A program made the position numbers and the translations under genes. Source: Pseudomonadota bacterium (GTDB lineage Bacteria; Myxococcota; JACRCW01; JAFGSX01). Taken from it: a stretch of DNA of 29,278 nt. Location: contig JBDRCO010000009.1 of assembly GCA_043821645.1 (NCBI GenBank), forward strand, positions 1 through 29,278, read 5' to 3'. Positions within the stretch are counted from its first letter, which is position 1. Every line of letters starts with the position of its first letter. Positions 23,546 through 29,278 of this stretch are shown piece after piece. The notes under the pieces are model-generated. The model did not search any database, had not been told where the DNA came from, and worked only from the letters and a program-made list of their open reading frames with translations.

Positions 23546-25521
23546 GACGCGCTGCCCTCGTCCTCTTTGAGGATGCCCCGCTGCAAGAAGTCCTTGGCCA
23601 CGTAGTCCAGGTCCAGCTCGTGGAGCGTCTTGCGGGTGGGGATGCCCTCGAGGTTCCAGCCCTTGAAGGTGTAGTACGCGTCGAGCAGCTTCTGCTCGAG
23701 TTCGGGGAAGCGCCGCTTCCAGTGGTCCTCGGGCGGCGCCTCGTCGACACGTCGCATGCCCAGGCGGATGTTGTTGGCGCGCACCAGGTTGCGGTTGCGC
23801 CGGGTCAGGTGCACCAGCGCGTCCTCGTCGAGGTCGAGGCCAGCACCCGACGAGATCAGGGCCGGCAGGTTGTGGATGTGAAAGGGCGGCTTGAGCGGAA
23901 ACGACGACAGGCCCGCGCACATGCCGGTGCTGTCATCGATGTAGTGCATCTGCTCCTGCCAGTTGACGATCTCGGAGCTGGTCTGCGCATCGGGGTAGTT
24001 GGGGATGGAGAACTCTCCACGGTTCTCCCAGTCCTCGAACCACTTCTTGAACCGCTCGTCGGGCACCTGCGGCCAGTTTGCGGTGAAGGCCTCGCGCTCG
24101 GCGCGGGTGTCGAAGGGTGCTTGCGGAAAGTTGCCCTCGATCTGCGTGATGTTGATCTTCTCGCCCGTCGAGTACATCAGGAAGTACATGGGGTTGAGCA
24201 TGCCCAGCTTGAGCGGCAGCTGCTCGGTCTTCTTGATGTTGTTGTGGGCGTAGACCTCGGCGCCCTTGCCTATCTTCTGCCCCGCCCAGTAGGTGCCGTC
24301 GGCGAGCACGTCGCCGATGCCCTCGCGGTGCACGATCTTGTCGAGCAGCCAGTAAAAGGCGCCCTCGTTGTCCAGGGGCATGCCCGGGAAGTCGTCGCGG
24401 GTCAGGATGTTGGCCTCGAGCAGCTCCAGCGCGTAGGCCATGGTCTGCGGCGCGCTGAAGGCGTCGACGCCGTGCTCGGTGGCCTTCTGGGCCATGCGCA
24501 TGCCGAAGTTCAGGTCCGACATGGCGCCCATGGTGTAGGTGAGCTTGCTGAAGCACTTCATCATGTACGAGCACATGCGCGTGTCGACGGAGATGGCAGC
24601 GCCGCACTTCATGGGGCAGTTGTGGCAACTCAGGAGTCGCGTGCGCATCTTCTCCATCGTGCCCGTCCAGGCTTGCTGGATCTCATCTGTCCAGAAACCC
24701 TTGCGGCGATGGCGGGCGTTGCCCCAGGCGAAGTTCTCGGTGTGCCACTTCTCGTCGTGGATCGCCATCTCCTGGGGCGAGCCGAGCCCGGCCAGGATGG
24801 GCATGACGCCGGGGATGGGCTTGTCGTTGCGATCCTTGATAAAGGCCAGCGCCTCGTTGCACAGCTTCATGAACTCGGCCGGACGCGCGATGTTGATGTC
24901 CTTGCTGCCCTTGACCGCGATGGCCTTGAGCTTCTTGTCGCCCATGACCGCGCCGAGGCCGAGGCGGCTGGCGCTGGAGCGGCCCTGCTCGATGCTGGCG
25001 AAGAACACCCGGTTCTCGCCGGCGAGGCCTATCGAGGCCACCGCGGCGTTGGGCTCTTCGAGCTCCTGGCGGATCAGCTCCGCGGTCTCCATGGTGCCCA
25101 GTCCGCGCAGCCGGGACGCATCGCGAAGCTCGACCTTGTCGTCGTGTATCCACAGGTAGACCATCTCGGGCGAGCGGCCGCGCAGGATGATCTTGTCGTA
25201 GCCCGCATGCTTGAGCTCGGGGCCGAAGAAGCCGCCCATCATCGAGAAGGCGAACAGCCGCGTCTGCGGCGAGATGGCGGACACGATGGTGCGGTTGCAG
25301 CCTGGGGCGGGCGTGCCGGCGAGCAGGCCGGTGCCGAAGATGAGCAGGTTGTCCGGCGAGAAGGGCTCGGTCTCGGGCGGCACGCGGTCCCACATCAACT
25401 TGGCGTTGGTGCCCAGGCCGCCCAGGTGCAGCGCGGTGAGGCGCGGGTCCGTGGGCACCCGCTCGATGTTGCCGCGGCTGAGGTCGACCTCGAGATTGAA
25501 CCCTGTCTCGGCGTAGCGCAT
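23542..25521 (-). CDS. bamB: Class II (tungsten-pterin, AOR family) benzoyl-CoA reductase catalytic subunit (659 aa)
   Basis: Starts MRYAETG..EVDL; LGGLGTNAK, GRSSASR, MPILAGLGSPQEMAIHDEKWHTENF, SCHNCPMKC, YMMKCF, EKINITQIEG, CAGLSSFPLKPP. These blocks closely match my recollection of Geobacter metallireducens BamB rather than generic AOR. Confidence 0.93.
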   Translation of the reverse strand: MRYAETGFNLEVDLSRGNIERVPTDPRLTALHLGGLGTNAKLMWDRVPPETEPFSPDNLLIFGTGLLAGTPAPGCNRTIVSAISPQTRLFAFSMMGGFFGPELKHAGYDKIILRGRSPEMVYLWIHDDKVELRDASRLRGLGTMETAELIRQELEEPNAAVASIGLAGENRVFFASIEQGRSSASRLGLGAVMGDKKLKAIAVKGSKDINIARPAEFMKLCNEALAFIKDRNDKPIPGVMPILAGLGSPQEMAIHDEKWHTENFAWGNARHRRKGFWTDEIQQAWTGTMEKMRTRLLSCHNCPMKCGAAISVDTRMCSYMMKCFSKLTYTMGAMSDLNFGMRMAQKATEHGVDAFSAPQTMAYALELLEANILTRDDFPGMPLDNEGAFYWLLDKIVHREGIGDVLADGTYWAGQKIGKGAEVYAHNNIKKTEQLPLKLGMLNPMYFLMYSTGEKINITQIEGNFPQAPFDTRAEREAFTANWPQVPDERFKKWFEDWENRGEFSIPNYPDAQTSSEIVNWQEQMHYIDDSTGMCAGLSSFPLKPPFHIHNLPALISSGAGLDLDEDALVHLTRRNRNLVRANNIRLGMRRVDEAPPEDHWKRRFPELEQKLLDAYYTFKGWNLEGIPTRKTLHELDLDYVAKDFLQRGILKEDEGSAS

Positions 25522-25586
25522 GTCTCCACCTGTCGGAGATTCACCGTGCCTCGGCACGGCCTGTTTTCGCCCTCGAACGATTGTCG

Positions 25587-25633
25587 ACCGTACGTTCGTT
25601 CGGTATTTTTCGGGCTTGGCTGGCCTTTGTCAA
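25587..25633 (-). promoter_or_regulatory. Sigma70-type promoter with adjacent palindromic operator upstream of bamB
   Basis: Minus strand: TTGACA (25633-25628), 17-nt spacer, AAAAAT (25610-25605), then immediately ACCGAACG-AA-CGTACGGT (25604-25587; 7/8 palindrome). Confidence 0.65.
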
Positions 25634-25813
25634 GGAGAAGCCGGGCGAGGGATGCTGCGTCGACACAAGGTGCGCACGGCGGGCGCAGGGAGGTGGACTG
25701 CGGGTGGAGCAGAACCAGGTTCAGGCTGGCCAGGGAGCGATCAGGGCGCGGTCCCGCCGGTGCCTGGCGCTTTTTGCGGAGTGCATGCCGGCAGTGGCGC
25801 CGGCCCGTCGTCC

Positions 25814-26575
25814 CTACCTCGCGCAGGTGAGGTGCCGCCCACCATCGATCATCAGGGTCTCGCCGGTGACCCAGCCCGATCGTTCCGATGCGAAGGTCAG
25901 GATGGCCTCGGCGATCTCCTCGGCGGTGCCGACGCGGCCCATCGGGTGGGTGGTCTTGGAGTGCTCGAGGAACGCGGCGTAGGCAGTCTCGTCCATGCCG
26001 CCGGCGCGGTGCAGGTTGGTCACCACCACTCCGGGGTTGACCGCATTGACGCGCACGCCCGCGGGCGCCAGCTCGATGGCGACGCAGCGGGTGAGCTGGT
26101 CGAGCGCGGCCTTGCTGACGCAGTACGCGAGCAGGTTGGGGAAAACCCGCGCGCTGGCCACCGAGGACACGTTGACCACGCTGCCGCGCGTCCGCTTCAG
26201 GTGCGGCACCGCGCACTGCAGCAGGTGATAGACCGCCTCGAGGTTGAGCTGCAGCTGCGCGGTCCAGTCCTCGGGTCGGGTGGTCTCGATCGAGCCGCCG
26301 CGCAGCATGCCCGCCGCGTTGACGACGATGTCCAGCCGGCCGCACTGGGTTGCGGCGGTGTCGACCACGCGCTCGCAGTGCGCGCGCTGCCTCAGATCGG
26401 CCGCCACCACCACCGCGGCCTGCCCCATCGCCTCCGCCACCTGCTGCAGCCTGGCCTCGTCGCGCGCCACCAGGACAACCCGGGCGCCCTCGGCCGCAAA
26501 GCGCTCGGCCGTGGCTCTGCCAATGCCGCTCGAGGCGCCGGTCACCAGCGCCACCTTGTCGCGCAACATCTCCAT
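25814..26575 (-). CDS. Short-chain dehydrogenase/reductase (classical SDR)
   Basis: TGASSGIG, VNAAG, NVSS, YCVSK, VNPG, HPMGRVG, IDGG; AAAAGGAG before ATG 26575. Confidence 0.95.
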   Translation of the reverse strand: MEMLRDKVALVTGASSGIGRATAERFAAEGARVVLVARDEARLQQVAEAMGQAAVVVAADLRQRAHCERVVDTAATQCGRLDIVVNAAGMLRGGSIETTRPEDWTAQLQLNLEAVYHLLQCAVPHLKRTRGSVVNVSSVASARVFPNLLAYCVSKAALDQLTRCVAIELAPAGVRVNAVNPGVVVTNLHRAGGMDETAYAAFLEHSKTTHPMGRVGTAEEIAEAILTFASERSGWVTGETLMIDGGRHLTCAR

Positions 26576-26644
26576 GTCACTTCTCCTTTTTACGTGCCCG
26601 GACGCTGCCATCGATGAAGCAGACTGTGGTTTTCCCGACAGGTC

Positions 26645-26866
26645 CTAGCGGGCGAAGGTGGACAGATACAGACTCTCGACCTGCTGCCTGGCCCAGGGAG
26701 TCCTGCGCAGGAACTTGAGGCTGGATTTCACCGAGGGCTCATGCCTGAACGCGTTGATTCGAACGCGATCGCCGAGCACCTCCCAGCCGAAATGATCGAC
26801 CAGTCTGGTCAGCACCTGCTCCAGCGTGATCCCGTGCAAGGGGTTGTTCGGTTGCTCCGTCGCCAT
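26645..26866 (-). CDS. VF530/DUF2132 family small DNA-binding-like protein
   Basis: [15 protein letters not shown]...GWE...[24 protein letters not shown] family signature. Confidence 0.9.
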   Translation of the reverse strand: MATEQPNNPLHGITLEQVLTRLVDHFGWEVLGDRVRINAFRHEPSVKSSLKFLRRTPWARQQVESLYLSTFAR

Positions 26867-26934
26867 GCCAGGATTGTAGACGCCTGTTTTACGCCGGGGC
26901 ACAGAATTTCCCGCGAGCGGCCCTGGCGACTGCG

Positions 26935-28764
26935 CTACATGCCTTCGTACAGGTCACCGGCGGCCCAGTCGTAGGTGTCCGAGGTCGATCGACCCGAGCC
27001 ACCGCTCACCACCGAGCTCGGCCCATTGGCGATGTTGCCGCTGCCGCCCGCGACGGCTGAATAGGTCGATCTGGCTTCATTCTGGTCTCCCCCCAGGACC
27101 GCGGAGCTCTCGGCGGAGGCAAGGTTGTCATACCCGCCGACGACCACGGCACGTTCACCCCGGGCGTCGTTGTTATTGCCGCCGACCACCACCGCCGCGA
27201 GTCCATAGCCGCTGTCGTTGGGCCCGCTCTTGTTGCGGTACCCGCCGACGATGGCGCTGTCGATGCCGTAGGTGATGTTACCGTAACCCGAGCTCGCTCC
27301 CCCTCCGGCCAGGATGGCCGAGGAGCTCCCGAGGGCTCGGTTCCAGCGGCCACTGACGACCACGGAGTGCTGCGCCTCGGCTTTGTTGTGCGAACCACCC
27401 AACACCGCGGAGGAGGTCCCGGAAGCTTCGTTCGCCTCCCCGCCGCCCAGCAACGCGAAGCGGCCCGAGCCAACGTTCTGGTATCCCGCCAGCACGACGC
27501 TGCCCTCGCCCACCGTGCGGTCGAAGCCAATTCCCGAGCCGGCCAGGTTGTCCCGGCCGCCCACGACCACGCTGTAATCCGCCCAGGCCTGGTTGCCCAT
27601 GTAAGCCTGATCAGAACCCCCTCCCAGCACCGCCGAGGTGGCGCCGCTGGCGCGGTTGTTGCGGCCACCTGCCACCACGCTCCCCGCACCGCTGCCCACG
27701 TTCCACATGCCGCCGAGGACCACCGCCACCTGTTCCGTCGCGGAGTTGGCGTAGCCTCCGAGCACCGAGCAGGAGGCGTCGCGGATGCTGTTCAGCTGTC
27801 CGCCGACGATGCCGCCATTGGACGTGTAGTTGTGCTTGGGGCCGACGACCAGGTTGTGGCTGCCGCTCTTGTCCGAGGCGCCCTGGCCGTCCGCGCTGAC
27901 CCGCGCCTCGTCGTAGCCGAGGATCAAGTTGCCGGTGCCGTTGGCGCCGCCGATGGTGCTGCCCAGGTTGTTGACGATCTGCACGTTGACGCCCTCGAAG
28001 CGCAGGGTGTTGCCGAGCACGCGCAGGCTGTCGGTCTTGGTCTCCACGGCCACGACGCGCTGGTCCAGGTGGTGCACGCTGTCACTGGTGGCGTAGCCCG
28101 CCAGCTCGGCCGCGCCGACCGGATCGGCGGGCAGCGCGGCGATGGCGTCGGTGACGGTGCCTATCTCGACCGCGTGGGTGCCCAGCGTCGCGCTGTGGTC
28201 GACCAGGGTGGCGCTGTGCCCGGCCACCTGGCCCTCCAGTGCGGCGATGCGCGCCAGCAGAGCATCCACCGCGCCCTGCAGGTTGTCCGCGGCCAGCCCG
28301 CTGCCGCTGTTGTCATAACCCACCTCGGTGGCCACCGGCAGAGCTCCGCCGCTGGCCAGCTCGGCCGCGCTCAGCCCCTCGAGCGTGTCGGCGTCGCCGG
28401 CATGCAGGGCGTAGGGCACGCTGCCCAGCGGCAGGCGCGGCAGCAGCACCTGGCTGCCCACCGTGACCTGCAGCCAGTGATCGCTGCCGTCGAGGAAGGT
28501 ATCGAGATCACCGGCGCTGTTGAGCGGCACCTCGAAGTGGCCGTCCTGCACGCTCACACTGTCGTGTCGCTCGCTCCACAGCGCAGTGCCTCCGCTGTTC
28601 TGGTCGAACAGCTCGAACAGCAGGTCCGCGCTCATGCTGGCCGGTGCCCCGCCGTCGGTGAGGTAGCCGGTGTAGTACAGGTGCTGCGGAACCGCGGCGC
28701 GGACTCCACTGCTGATCAGCGCAGCTGCGAGCACGGTCGAGAGCAGGGCGATGCGAGAGTACAT
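26935..28764 (-). CDS. Secreted fibre/adhesin-like protein with coiled coil and Gly-rich ~15-aa repeats (609 aa)
   Basis: Signal peptide MYSRIALL...VRA; N-terminal YTGYLTD...ALWSE...WLQVTV...LPR..SVPYA domain; heptad stalk; repeated SxVxGGxxNxAxG units. Confidence 0.75.
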   Translation of the reverse strand: MYSRIALLSTVLAAALISSGVRAAVPQHLYYTGYLTDGGAPASMSADLLFELFDQNSGGTALWSERHDSVSVQDGHFEVPLNSAGDLDTFLDGSDHWLQVTVGSQVLLPRLPLGSVPYALHAGDADTLEGLSAAELASGGALPVATEVGYDNSGSGLAADNLQGAVDALLARIAALEGQVAGHSATLVDHSATLGTHAVEIGTVTDAIAALPADPVGAAELAGYATSDSVHHLDQRVVAVETKTDSLRVLGNTLRFEGVNVQIVNNLGSTIGGANGTGNLILGYDEARVSADGQGASDKSGSHNLVVGPKHNYTSNGGIVGGQLNSIRDASCSVLGGYANSATEQVAVVLGGMWNVGSGAGSVVAGGRNNRASGATSAVLGGGSDQAYMGNQAWADYSVVVGGRDNLAGSGIGFDRTVGEGSVVLAGYQNVGSGRFALLGGGEANEASGTSSAVLGGSHNKAEAQHSVVVSGRWNRALGSSSAILAGGGASSGYGNITYGIDSAIVGGYRNKSGPNDSGYGLAAVVVGGNNNDARGERAVVVGGYDNLASAESSAVLGGDQNEARSTYSAVAGGSGNIANGPSSVVSGGSGRSTSDTYDWAAGDLYEGM

Positions 28765-28774
28765 GGTGAGTCCC

Positions 28775-29233
28775 CTATTCATGGGCCAGGCCGAGGTGAT
28801 CGAGGTGCAGGTCGCCGCCGCCACTGCTCGCCGGTGCAGCGCCACTGCGCAGCGTGCCGCGCAGGTGCAGGCTGCCCCCGCTGGTGCTGCCGGAGACCGG
28901 CGCCAGCATCGCGGCCCCGCGAAGCTGCAGGTTCGCGCCAGCATCGGAAGCGGTGGCGTCCGGCGGTGAGGACGCGTCCGGGAGCAGGCGATCCGGGCTC
29001 AGCGCCGCATCGACAATTCCGGCGTCCTGGTCAGGCGGGCACACGCAGCGCGACCAGCCGGTCAGGTCGTCGAGGCAGCGTTGCTCCCCCCCCTGGGTCG
29101 ATTCCAGACAGCTGCAGGCACGGGTCGCCCCCTGTTCACAAACTGACGCGGGGGCTGGCTGGTCCGGACAGCCGAGCGCACTCAGCAGCGCGCCCAGGAG
29201 TCCAACGGTTACGAAAATACTAATATTTTTCAT
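28775..29233 (-). CDS. Secreted Cys-rich lipoprotein, hypothetical
   Basis: MKNISIFVTVGLLGALLSALGC lipobox; CEQGATRACSC...QRC...WSRCVC module; Asp/Ala/Pro linker; ends 10 nt before the fibre gene. Confidence 0.75.
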   Translation of the reverse strand: MKNISIFVTVGLLGALLSALGCPDQPAPASVCEQGATRACSCLESTQGGEQRCLDDLTGWSRCVCPPDQDAGIVDAALSPDRLLPDASSPPDATASDAGANLQLRGAAMLAPVSGSTSGGSLHLRGTLRSGAAPASSGGGDLHLDHLGLAHE

Positions 29234-29278
29234 ATACATAAGTCTGCTTGTTGCACCTTTGCGGCAGCAAAACAAGGT

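Noticed and set aside
25814-26575. SDR as a benzoyl-CoA pathway enzyme
   Set aside because: It is a generic classical SDR separated from bamB by a separate promoter region; substrate cannot be inferred from sequence.

Overview
High-GC bacterial window, probably from a Myxococcota/deltaproteobacteria-like organism (inferred from gene content), with nearly all genes on the minus strand. (1) 1-5123 is the start of a Wzx/Wzy-type exopolysaccharide locus: UpxY/NusG paralog, MarR-type regulator, DegT aminotransferase, outer-membrane beta-barrel, short OPX/Wza and a partial Wzc. (2) 5560-7811 holds a small hypothetical gene, a BCP peroxiredoxin, an adenosine deaminase-family gene and two intergenic repeat elements. 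(3) 7846-25521 is an apparently continuous ~17.7 kb operon-like unit. It encodes a tungsten-dependent class II benzoyl-CoA reductase (bamB, bamC, bamD, bamE), then a selenocysteine-containing BamF/MvhD domain (in-frame TGA plus SECIS-like hairpin, missed by the ORF track) fused to a GltD/NfnB-like flavoprotein, with no bamGHI. It continues with tupABC tungstate uptake, an uncharacterised diheme lipoprotein with a sulfite-oxidase-like domain, a porin, a small membrane protein and two moeA paralogs (one frameshifted). (4) 25814-29233 holds an SDR, a VF530 protein and a two-gene secreted fibre-like module. Family calls come from motif recognition and recalled sequence similarity; no searches were run.
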